Assembly (NCBI GenBank): GCA_002269645.1
Contig: NIVC01000175.1
Span: 744,001-808,000, forward strand
Direction of reading: 5' to 3'
From: Macrostomum lignano
Lineage: Eukaryota
Length of the DNA stretch: 64,000 nt
The notes under the pieces were generated by a model, which was given only the letters and a program-made list of their open reading frames with translations, was not told the origin of the DNA and ran no database searches. Positions 13,023 to 64,000 of this stretch are shown piece after piece. Every line of letters starts with the position of its first letter. The stretch's first letter is position 1. The translations under genes were made by a program, and so were the position numbers.

Positions 13023-13735
13023 GATGAGAGAGGAGAGGGGAGAGAGGAGAGGAGAGAGGAGAGGAGAGGAGAGAGGAGAGAGAGGATAGGAGAGAGAGAG
13101 GAGAGAGGAGAGGAGAGGAGAGAGGAGAGGAGAGAGAGGAGAGAAGAGGAGAGAGAGGAGAGGATAGAGGATAGGAGAGAGAAGAGGAGAGGAGAGAGAG
13201 GAGAGAGAGAGGAGAGAGGAGAGAGAGGAGAGGAGAGAAGAGAGGAGAGGATAGAGAAGAGGAGATGAGAGGAGAGAGAGGAGAGGATAGGAGAGAGAGA
13301 GGAGAGAGGAGAGGAGAGGAGAGAGAGGATAGGAGAGAGAGAGGAGAGGAGAGAGAGAGGAGAGAAGAGGAGAGAGAGGAGAGGATAGAGGATAGGAGAG
13401 AGAAGAGGAGAGGAGAGAGAGGAGAGAGAGAGGAGAGAGGAGAGAGAGGAGAGGAGAGAAGAGAGGAGAGGATAGAGAAGAGGAGATGAGAGGAGAGAGA
13501 GGAGAGGATAGGAGAGAGAGAGGAGAGAGGAGAGGAGAGGAGAGAGAGGATAGGAGAGAGAGAGGAGAGGAGAGAGAGAGGAGAGAAGAGGAGAGAGAGG
13601 AGAGGATAGGAGAGAGAGAGGAGAGAGGAGAGGATAGAGGATAGGAGAGAGAAGAGGAGAGGAGAGAGAGGAGAGAGAGGATAGGAGAGAGGAGAGGAGA
13701 GAGAGGAGAGAGAGAATAGGAGAGAGAGGGGAGAG
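13023..13735 (+). repeat. About 710-bp polypurine (GA-rich) tract between the myosin and TRPM genes
   Basis: Almost only G and A, with occasional T, and an internal block duplication. Confidence 0.92.
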
Positions 13736-14230
13736 CGGTTTATTTTTATTGCATGCAACTCCAAAAAGTATATAAAATTCCTGCCCCAACTTCGTCTGCG
13801 CAGCAAAGGACTTCAATTACAATAGCATCGTACGCTCGTAATCTTTAAAATTGCAACCATAAAATATTGCTGATAGCATGAAATTTTTTTGGTGCAGGGA
13901 AATTTCGAGTCGATTCCTCTCAAGCTGAAAAATTTCGGCACAAAACATGAGTTGCCTCCGCCTCGTATCCGCCTGTCATTCCCAATTTAAAAAAAAATGC
14001 TTTCCCATCCTCCCTCTGAAAAATCTACTGACAATTACGCAAACTTCCTATGCAATGCCAGGCTTGTTTTCCGGTCGCGCGGTTTTTAAAAAGCCGCCGC
14101 ATTTCTCCCAAGCCTGCCAAAACGTTTGTTGCGAATTCGAGTACTGCAACTCGATCGCTTATCAATTCCACTTGGCGCTTTAGATAGTGAAAATAATAAA
14201 CAAATAGAGAGAGAACAATCTAACACCCCC

Positions 14231-54624
<40,394 letters not shown>

Positions 54625-55232
54625 ACGCGCCAGCCTTTTTAACTCAACTGAACTGAACTTTACACACGCTAACTTTAAGTACGTCGTATTTTGAGTGAGA
54701 CTCTTTCTTCCTTTCTTTACCTTTGGGAACACAGTCATACGCCATGAGACTACTTTGTAGGGTTTCCTTTGACTCCTCCAGACATTGTTCGTTTTAAGTG
54801 AGTGTGCTTTCTTAGAAAAGCTTTCGTTGTGTGTTTGAACTTTTGTTAAAAGCTTCCCTTAAAAAGTCGACTGAATCTGAATGTATAAACATTACTTTTT
54901 CAAACTTTTGCGCCCCTAATATTGGTTATAAGCAGGCTTTCTGTGTCTTTTCGTGTAGTACTTCATTTATTTAACTGTTTTTTCTCATTTTAAACTGTTT
55001 GTGTCTAAGCCTTGGACAGCTGATGTACAAGGACGCTTATACTTTATTTTCTTACGGTCGATAAGGAACGTCGCATTGTAGTGAATTTAGCATGCTCTAG
55101 AGGACGCATATAGATCTGAATGGGAATTTTGCCATAGAAAAATTTAGTCTATGGCAAAAACATTCGGCGCAAGAAAAAATTGTTTTATCCCTCACTTGTC
55201 TATGCGATCGTTGACCATAATAGCGGTCCCGA

Positions 55233-55762
55233 CCATAGACTATTGAGTCAGTTTATACAGACCTGTAATAGTATAGTATTTGTCATGCTATCTCAGCCTA
55301 GAGACATCCAAACTCAGCCAGCCCATCTCAACAGTGCGATTTTTTACGTAAGCCAGTCAAGTTTTACCATAGACATGCTTCTTAAGGCCATGCTATCTCA
55401 GCCTGGGACATGCAATCTCAGCCACTTTTCAGATTCTTACTGACTTTTCTTGCTGCGTTCATTCATTGCTGTTTGTTGCCATTTCATGTCACGTTACAGA
55501 AATGATAGCATTGAGATCTGTTTGCAATTGAAATCTATATTGGCTGAGATTGCATGTCCCAGGCTGAGATAGCATGGCCTTAAGAAGCATGTCTATGGTA
55601 AAACTCGACTAGCTCGAGCCAAAAAACGCATTGCGGAATGGGGCTGGCTGAGTTTGGATGTCCCTAGGCTGAGATAGCATGACAAAAGCTATATAATATT
55701 ACCCAGGCTTTAAGGGCGATAATGGGAAAGCCAGAGACAACTGCTGCCCCTATAGTCTATGG
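55233..55762. mobile_element. Foldback/MITE-like inverted-repeat element downstream of the TRPM stop
   Basis: Arms 55279-55424 and 55541-55686 are largely reverse complements. Outer CCATAGACTA (55233) and TAGTCTATGG (55753). Confidence 0.6.
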
Positions 55763-56769
55763 CCAAAAAGTCTGACTTAATCTTTCGAGCATTAGCTTAG
55801 TCCTCTCATGTCTGCTAAAGGCTTACCATCGCACTCTAGCCTACAAATCAGCAACAATACGAGTATGAGCTTGGAAGATGAAGCTAGCGACACTAGCTAT
55901 GAAACGGCCCAGACAAGCAGGATGGCGGGCCGCAACCAAGAACGCGGACAAAGATCAGTGATGAGAGATGCACAGCCTAGTCATCGAAGTCTTGGGACAG
56001 AGGTTGAGTGACCGATCGATATCGCAAAATGACGAAGATTAACACGATTTCAATTGCTTGCATTAATTTGCGACAGATAATAAGAAGGAAATCAAAACCC
56101 AAAGGAGGCAAACTAACCAAGTTAATGCTCCAAAGAAGCAGTCTTTGGAGCATTTTGTCTATGACTTTGCAGAATTTTATCTATCATTAACTTAAGACAC
56201 CAAAGTTTGCAGCAATGCACCGTTCTACTGCGGATTACATTTCGAAACTACTGACTATTCAATCTGTTGTGTTATTATTCGCTAATCTACTTTCTCTTTA
56301 ACAGAATTTTTTCATCCCGCCTATTGTTCATCTTTGCCATATGGAAGCTGCGTTCTCTAAGCCTTAGTAACAGAGGGCAATGTCTGAGCACTTAGCTTAT
56401 TTGATAACCATGAAAGCAATATTTTGAAGGCCCAATTTTGTTTTTTTCAAATGAATTAGTGAGATAGGAACTCGTCAGTTTTTTATTACTGAATTGTCCA
56501 TGTCAAAGCTCCACTGGTATGTGTTTGACATTGATATGCGGGTTTATCTGCAAATTTGTCGAATTACTTTTTTAATCGTTTGGAGACGAGACAAGTCAAA
56601 GTACTGTGTTTTCTAAACTGATTTTTTGCATCGCATTAATTTGAGTTTTTATTTCCTCGTGTGTTGTGTTCTGCACTGCGCCGCATGACTCTGTGCATCT
56701 GTCTGTCAACCCCCACCCCCTCCACCCCTATTGTTTTGGTTTATTTTTGGTGTTTTGGTCCGCGGAAGG

Positions 56770-57150
56770 GCTGATTGGCTGGGCCGGACAGCTGGCTCAG
56801 TTTCTCTCTCCCCTCGCGTTGTGCTTGGCTGACGTGAGCTAGGGCCGGTCGGGAGGGGTTGTGGGTGATGGGGTGGTGGGCTTGCAGCCTTCTCCCCCCT
56901 CGCGTTGTGATTGGCTGGCGTGGGCTAGGGCCGGTCGGGAGGGGTTGTGGATGGTGGGGTGGTGGGCTTGCAGCCTTCTCCCCCCTCGCGTTGTTCTTGG
57001 CTGGCGTGGGCTAGGGCTGGTCGGGAGGGGTTGTGGGTGGTGGGGTGGTGGGCTTGCAGCCTCCCCCCAGCGCGGTGTGCTTGGCTGGCGTGGGCTAGGG
57101 CCGGTCGGGAGGGGTTGTGGGTGACGAAGTGGTGGGCTTGCAGCCTTCTT
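56770..57150 (+). repeat. About 75-bp GC-rich tandem repeat (GGCTAGGGCCGGTCGGGAGGGGTTGTGG...)
   Basis: 4-5 units. Confidence 0.85.
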
Positions 57151-58834
57151 CTTAGCTTTTATTTAGTCCATGCTTTTGTTTTGGCTTTCGACTTGCTGTC
57201 GGGTCGCTCTGATAGTCTGCTAGTGTGAAGACTTATCTATGCTTGTTTTGTGGGGCAAGATAAACAGCTTTAATAAAAAGAAAGTGGCCTCAAGAGGCTC
57301 GTGCCGGCCCATTCGTGCCGCCAGCTCCAGCCACCAAGGAAGTGAGTGCGCACACTTCTTTATCTTCTTTCCTTTGGTTGCCAAAGGGGGCAGCTAAGGG
57401 TTTGTATGTCTTGACGCCGATTAAGTTTAGGCTTTCGTAGGCATGCATACCGTACGCTATAGGTCAGGTGTGCATTCAGGAATGGAACCTGCATACAGTC
57501 TTGGGAGACTTGGCCTTTAACTGAATTTCCATTAAACGCCAGAGGTACATCCTGATACAGCCTTCAATTTTTTATTGTCCTTTTGCTCCTCCAATGAATC
57601 CTCTGCTTAAACAAAAAGAAATGTTGTTTTTTTTGAACATTTTTTTTACTGAAACAATTGACACGTTTTACAAATTGTCTCACTTGACAATGATGATAAC
57701 AGTGCTTCTGTGAAGCGTAATTAGGAAATCTCAAGCAGACTTACTTTCCTGGTGACCTTTCCTGTTTTATAGCCGACGAACGAGCGCGTGGACGCAAGAA
57801 CTTTGACCTTACAAGCATAAAATGATTAAGATTAAGATTAACTTGCGTGACGGTTGAGCACGATAGAATGAAATCAATTATCAGATTATAATTGAATTAA
57901 TCTGTCTTACAGACGGAACAAGGAGCTGCATACGGATTCATGTGACCTCGAAAACTTTGCTGAAGGCCAAGAAATGACTGAATAAAACACGGCCCTAAAA
58001 AAATTTCTAAGACAGATTTTACAAAGATTTTCTGTTTTGCACAGCGCCAACTGAGGCTTTGACAATTAAAGTGTGTCCTGATCAAGAACGAAAATTATTC
58101 AAAGTTATTGAATCCCTTTGACCGTTCATTCGTGAGTCGGTCGCTCTAAGTACTAAACTACGACCCTCTCATAGTTTCATATCATAAAAATTTTGAGTAG
58201 CTATACAGCTCGGACAGACACACTTTTTGCATTTGGAACTCGGTGGTTCAGAAGGTGAGAGATTGAGAATTCTGCTGAGCAAGAACTGTAAAAAATAGAA
58301 TCTTTCTATCTCCCTAATGCATTTTTGCAGCGGAAACTGACCTCTAGCAGTATAGCGGCGTCCTTCTGGTTGAGTTGTCCATGCTTGTAGATTAATGCAA
58401 TTTCGGAAATTGCGAATATTTGTGTAAATCTGGACGAGACGTTGAGCTCTAGGGCCTCCGGATATCAGAGAAACAGTTTACTTAGTCAGAGTATGGAGAA
58501 AAATGTTTAATGCGGCTTTTTATCCATCTTAATCCAGCAATAGGAGTATTAGGCTCTCTTAGCTGGGCCGTTTTTATCACAGCTTAAATCAAGGTTTATC
58601 ATATAAATAGGCACTTTAAGCGTGTGATATAGGGTATAGCAAGATTTTCGCCTATACTATCGGGTAATATATTGCAATAGCTGATGGGGCAGCATCTGAT
58701 TTTCCTGAGGTTCATGCAGATTAACGATCAAGATGAGGATCTGCTTGTTGTTATAGCTACTGAACTTAGAGCCCGGGAAAATTTGTCGTCCCGAAAACCC
58801 CGAGCAATAAGTGTGAAGCAAGTGTAAGGAATCT

Positions 58835-58920
58835 TTCTATTGGTTAGTAGGGCCACTACGATTTCCTATTGGATGCTGGAGCGTTGGTTATTTCTACTAT
58901 ACAGCTGGCTAGTATATATG
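58835..58920 (+). promoter_or_regulatory. Possible GPCR proximal promoter
   Basis: Two inverted CCAAT boxes (CTATTGG; ATTGG at 58839 and 58868) and TATATA at 58913, about 80 nt upstream of the ATG. Motif match only. Confidence 0.3.
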
Positions 58921-58993
58921 TGAGTGCGATCTGCCGCCATCTTATCAAACTTACCGATTGAATAAATCATTTGCCAAGGATTCGTGCTAAATC

Positions 58994-60700
58994 ATGTCCT
59001 CAAGCGCTGATCCAGCTAATGACGACGAAAAGTACAGAGAGTTCGCCGAAATGTCGCAGTACATCACAGCTCTGGTGCTGTACCCGATCGTGTCGCTTGT
59101 CGGCATGGCTGGGAGCGTGCTGTGCATCGTGGTGCTGAGCCAGCGTCAGATGCTAACCAGCACCAATGCCTACCTAATAGCCCTGGCCGTTGCCGATCTA
59201 ATGAAGCTGGCCAACGATTTTTTGTACTTTCCAGCAACGCTGCTCCAAATGAACGCGTCCCGTCGAGGAGGTGCCGTGTTTGCTCACCTGTATCCGTACG
59301 CGTTCTTTCTGTCGCAGTACACCAGCGGATGCGCGGCCTGGCTCACTGTGGTGGTCGCCGGAGAGCGTTTCCTAATGGTGACGCACCCGAACTGGAGCCG
59401 GTACACCTTGACTGTGCGCAAGTCTCGAATTGTGTCAGCGATCACCTTCTCGGCTGTCCTGTTGGTCACCTGGCCCTACCTGTTGCGCTACGAAACGGTG
59501 TGCGATGCGTCCGACAACAATTCGACGAATAGTCTAGACGGCGGCAACAATGACCCGGCGAATTCGACCGAGTGCACTTGGAAACCAGTGCCAAGCCGTC
59601 TCTGGTCTAGCAGCGCTCTGGCCAGCTACTCCAAGTACTATGTGCAATGCCAGAGCTGCTTAAAGTCCCTGGTGCCGCTGATCATTCTGATTGTGCTGAA
59701 CATTAGAATCGTCATGGCTGTTCGAGAAACTCGCGCCAACAAAAAGTTGGCATCGAGGAATCGAGTCACTGTCATGCTGGTGGTGGTGATCCTGTGCTAC
59801 ATCGGCTTCACCATGCCAGACTCGGCCTTGTCCGCTTTGGGCTGGGGCTACACCGAAGTCACCTCCAATTTTCGGCGGGGAGTTCGCGAGATTAGCGACC
59901 TCCTTCTGGCCGTTAACTCCTCCGTCAACTTCTTTCTGTACGTAGTGTTCAACAAGGTGTTCCGGCAGAATCTGCTGGCTCTGTGCTGCAGGTCGGCTGC
60001 GGGCCCAGTGGAGGGGCGGCAGCAGACAGCCGGACTGGGCTGTCAGGGCGATGGCTGCAGCCGGGCAGCGGCAGTGGCAAAGCACAACCTCCAGAAGCAG
60101 ACCCGGGATACGACCGCTTGCGGTTCGTCGGCCACGAGCTGCGCTAAGAATGGGCAGAGGCACGGCTGCGACAAGCCCCAGCAGCAGCGATTGAACCGAC
60201 CGGCTGGAGGGGGCAGCGAGTGCATCGCTGTGTCTGGCACCACCGGCGGGACAGCACTCGCCGAAGAGTGCGCAGCGGCGAAGACAAACCGAGCTCCGAA
60301 TTCTGGCGCCACCAAACCCGACAACGATTTCGAGTTCGACAACGAGCTGAGTCCGCAGAGTTGGAACTTCCGTCGGCACAGTCACTGCCACGCCAAAAGC
60401 TTGGAGATTCATCCCGAGCATCAGCGGCTTCGTCCGACTGGCAGCAACCGGCGCCGCTGCGGCTCGCATCAGCAGTTCAGTCAGCAGGGCAAGCAGCTGC
60501 TCCATCATCAAGATCCCGGGATCGCCCGACAAAAAGAAGCAGCTGATGCAGCTGACCTGAACCTCAGCAGGAGAACTGCTAAACGCCAAGTTGAAGTTGT
60601 TGTGACGCTGGTTGTTCATCATCACGAATACGCGGCTCCAACTGAATGCGATGAACAGGAGGAGAGAGTGGCCAATGCCCCGCAAGTTAGCGATCTGTGA
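58994..60700 (+). CDS. Intronless class A (rhodopsin-like) peptide GPCR, FMRFamide/sex-peptide-receptor-like, 568 aa
   Basis: Single ORF with 7 hydrophobic segments. TM1 GMAGSVLCIVVL; TM2 TNAYLIALAVADL; TM3 LYPY...WLTVVVAGERF; TM5 LVPLIILIVLN; TM6 NRVTVMLVVVILCY...P; TM7 VNSSVNFFLY; helix 8 NKVFR; long C-tail. Confidence 0.93.
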   Translation: MSSSADPANDDEKYREFAEMSQYITALVLYPIVSLVGMAGSVLCIVVLSQRQMLTSTNAYLIALAVADLMKLANDFLYFPATLLQMNASRRGGAVFAHLYPYAFFLSQYTSGCAAWLTVVVAGERFLMVTHPNWSRYTLTVRKSRIVSAITFSAVLLVTWPYLLRYETVCDASDNNSTNSLDGGNNDPANSTECTWKPVPSRLWSSSALASYSKYYVQCQSCLKSLVPLIILIVLNIRIVMAVRETRANKKLASRNRVTVMLVVVILCYIGFTMPDSALSALGWGYTEVTSNFRRGVREISDLLLAVNSSVNFFLYVVFNKVFRQNLLALCCRSAAGPVEGRQQTAGLGCQGDGCSRAAAVAKHNLQKQTRDTTACGSSATSCAKNGQRHGCDKPQQQRLNRPAGGGSECIAVSGTTGGTALAEECAAAKTNRAPNSGATKPDNDFEFDNELSPQSWNFRRHSHCHAKSLEIHPEHQRLRPTGSNRRRCGSHQQFSQQGKQLLHHQDPGIARQKEAADAADLNLSRRTAKRQVEVVVTLVVHHHEYAAPTECDEQEERVANAPQVSDL

Positions 60701-61289
60701 CTCAGAATTGTAACAAAAGTTACATAAAATACTGCCCGAATGTTGAACGCTCTATTACGAGTTACAGGCTCATGGAAAACTTAAAACATGTTTATAAAAT
60801 TTTCTGTAAAAAGTTTTTAGCAAAAGATGTGTCGTGACTTTTTTGAGGTTTTACAGTGATACATGTGAGCCCTGCACGCTCCTTAGTAGTCTCACCTGCA
60901 AAAGTAGCGATTGTTGTGTCTTGCGAAAGCTTGGTAGACAGGCATGACCCCGATAGTCAAGACTTCTATTCTGTCAAATTCTTAATTGTCAACTGATTTA
61001 AATAACTGTAATTTGTTTCGGAAATTGTTCCTTGGGAATACAAAATTGATTTGCTTGATTAAACAGAAATTCTGAAATAAAACTGTAAATGGACCTCATT
61101 TATTGTTATTAAAAGCAATTTTCAGCTATAGTCAGTCACTCTGTTATTTTAACCTCCTGAGTCAATAAATGCGGTCGCGCTGACAAATGATAACAGCCAA
61201 AATCAACAGTGCTCGTTATCACAAAGCACCTTTTCTTAGACGATGATGCTGCAAGCCTCTTCTTAGACGATAAACTTCCGCTTCCATTC

Positions 61290-61705
61290 CATGGGTGCTG
61301 GCGCCCCTTGGTGCTGGCGCCCCTTGGTGCTGGCGCCCCTTGGTGCTGGCGTCCCTTGGTGCTGGCGTCCCTTGGTGCTGGCGCCCCTTGGTGCTGGCGC
61401 CCCTTGGTGCTGGCGCCCCTTGGTGCTGGCGCCCCTTGGTGCTGGCGCCCCTTGGTGCTGGCGCCCCTTGGTGCTGGCGCCCCTTGATGCTGGCGCCCCT
61501 TGGTGCTGGCGCCCCTTGGTGCTGGCGCCCCTTGGTGCTGGCGCCCCTTGGTGCTGGCGCCCCTTGGCGCTGGCGCCCCTTGGTGCTGGCGCCCCTTGGT
61601 GCTGGCGCCCCTTGATGCTGGCGCCCCTTGGTGCTGGCGCCCCTTGGTGCTGGCGCCCCTTGGTGCTGGCGCCCCTTGGTGCTGGCGCCCCTTGGTGCTG
61701 GCGCG
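61290..61705 (+). repeat. 16-bp GCTGGCGCCCCTTGGT minisatellite
   Basis: About 26 units. Confidence 0.95.
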
Positions 61706-62319
61706 CTTTAATCCACGCTACTGCAAGAACTGCGGCTGTAACACACTGCACTAAAGTTAGTACAACATACAAAATACAATTGCCCATTCACGCTTATTTA
61801 GCAGTTTGCTAATTTAAGAATCTTCCAAAGTCAGTCAGTTTCCTCAGTCATCGACATTCACTTGCCGTGTCACTATGGATTATGTTTCCAGCGCACACGT
61901 TTGAGTAGCCGGAAATAAGAAACTCGAACCTGTCAGGCAGCCTCTTCCTGCATTTCACAGAGCACGATTCGCTTCAATTTCAACTTACAAGACGGACATT
62001 GTCACGCGATATCTTCTACGAAACTATGGCCAGAAAAATCGTTGCAAAAGAAATGCGTTTAAAACAAAATTTGAATAGTTTTTTTGACCTCCTGATGGCA
62101 TGATGCGCGGTTCGAAAAATGTGCGTAGGCGATTGGCACGAATCGAAGTCTCGAAAATTTTTCTAATTATTTTTGTGATTGGCTTTTACGTTTAATTATC
62201 ACTGGTACATACACAAGCCATAAAGATTGCCTTCTAAAGGTACCAATGGATTTTACGGAATGATTTTCAATAGAATTGCAGACAGAAACATGTAAGAGTG
62301 TAGCGAGAGTTTTTTTAAA

Positions 62320-62940
62320 AGGCGTGCCATTTCATTTGAGGGGGCGCCATTTAGGTGGAGGGGCGCGATTTCATTCGAGGGGGCGCCATTTCATTTGTGA
62401 GGGGCGCCATTTCATTTGAGGGGGCGCCATTTCATTTAAGGGGCACCATTTCAGTGGAGGGGGCGCGATTTTATTCGAGGGGCGCCATTTCATTTGTGAG
62501 GGGCGCCATTTCATTTGAGAGGGGCGCCATTACATTTGAAAGGGGCGCTATTTTGTTTGGAGAGGCGCCACTTCATTGGGGGGTGCCATTTCATTGGGGG
62601 GTGCCATTTCATTGGGGGTGCCATTTCATTGGGGGTGCCATTTCATTGGGGGGTGCCATTTCATTGAAGGGGGGCGCCATTTCATTGGGGAAGAGTGCCA
62701 TTTCATTGGGGGGGGCGCCATTTCATTGGGGGGGCGCCATTTCATTGGGGGGGCGCCATTTCATTGGGGGGCGCCATTTCATTGGGGGGTGCCACTTCAT
62801 TGGGGGGGCGCCATTTCATTGGGGGGCGCCATTTCATTGGGGGGTGCCACTTCATTGGGGGGGGCGCCATTTCATTGGGGGGAGTGCCATTTCATTGGGG
62901 GGGCGCCATTTCATTGGGGGGGGGGTGCCATTTCACTTAA
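62320..62940 (+). repeat. GGGGGGCGCCATTTCATT minisatellite with variable G-run
   Basis: About 30 units. Confidence 0.92.
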
Positions 62941-63444
62941 ATCTTAAAAGTCATCCTAAAGGATCGCCCCTTCCAATGTCTTGGTATAGGCTACCAAGCA
63001 ATTGAAATAAAAGCTTCCATTAAGTTAATTAGTCACTCGTGAAAAACCTTTTTTTGCGTTTTTGCATCAGTGCTGGATGGAATAGCAAAATGTATTTCAG
63101 ATTAATTCTTCAAGAATCATAATTTCAAGCGTTCGACAAAGACGTCACACACTGGCAAACCTGGAATCTCGACCGTACCCTCTACAGATTTTTAATTAGG
63201 CAGACCTGTAATATATCAACAGAAACTTTTTCCTTTTTCATTTCACTAACTAAGGGGCGAAAACTTTGCCAGGATTTCTTCGCGAAAATCAATTTAATTT
63301 AGATAAATCATTGAAATGGATTTCTTTTTATAATTATCAAAAATTTATTACCCACTTATTGTTTTGATTTGTTCTACAATAACATTTTACTTCGGCTAGA
63401 CTTAACATCAATCATAATTTTTATGACTAAAGTAGATGAACCAC

Positions 63445-64000
63445 AGCGAACCACAGTCACTGAAGGTCATAGACAGTCACTGATGGTCATACACAGTCAC
63501 TGAAGGTCATACACAGTCACTGAAGATCATATACAGTCACAGAAGATCATATACAGTCACAGAAGATCATACACAGTCACCGGAGATCATACACAGTCAC
63601 CGGAGATCATATACAGTCACAGAAGATCATACACAGTCACAGAAGATCATACACAGTCACCGGAGATCATACACAGTCACCGGAGATCATATACAGTCAC
63701 AGAAGATCATACACAGTCACAGAAGATCATACACAGTCACCGGAGATCATACACAGTCACAGAAGATCATACACAGTCACCGGAGATCATACACAGTCAC
63801 AGAAGATCATACACAGTCACCGGAGATCATATACAGTCACAGAAGATCATATACAGTCACAGAAGATCATATACAGTCACAGAAGATCATACACAGTCAC
63901 CGGAGATCATACACAGTCACAGAAGATCATACACAGTCACCGGAGATCATATACAGTCACAGAAGATCATATACAGTCACAGAAGATCATATACAGTCAC
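63445..64000 (+). repeat. 20-bp CAC(AGA/CGG)AGATCATA(C/T)ACAGT minisatellite, runs off the window end
   Basis: About 27 units. Confidence 0.95.

Overview
Eukaryotic (metazoan) genomic DNA with GC-rich exons and GT-AG introns. By my hand tally about 25 kb (~40%) of the window is tandem repeat. These features, plus the TRPM type found, suggest a free-living flatworm such as Macrostomum (inference). Three protein-coding genes lie on the + strand. (1) A long-tailed class I myosin (MYO1E/F type): 14 exons at 759-11809, with the ATG exon probably upstream of the window. (2) A 32-exon TRPM channel gene at 14231-54624, about 2221 aa when spliced by hand. Its TM, pore and TRP-helix residues match the flatworm praziquantel-target clade TRPM_PZQ, and it ends in a degenerate NUDT9H domain. 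Its first exons encode canonical ankyrin repeats that splice in frame onto the TRPM N-terminus. (3) An intronless FMRFamide-receptor-like GPCR at 58994-60700. Most introns hold their own minisatellite, and several repeat units resemble splice sites. The window also has two tRNA-derived SINE families (one CORE-like), an 808-bp Tc1/IS630 deletion derivative with 131-bp TIRs, a foldback element and a possible solo LTR. Most long ORFs in the supplied track are tandem-repeat artefacts. The main candidate for an unusual system is the ankyrin-TRPM_PZQ fusion channel, which may also yield an ankyrin-only short isoform.
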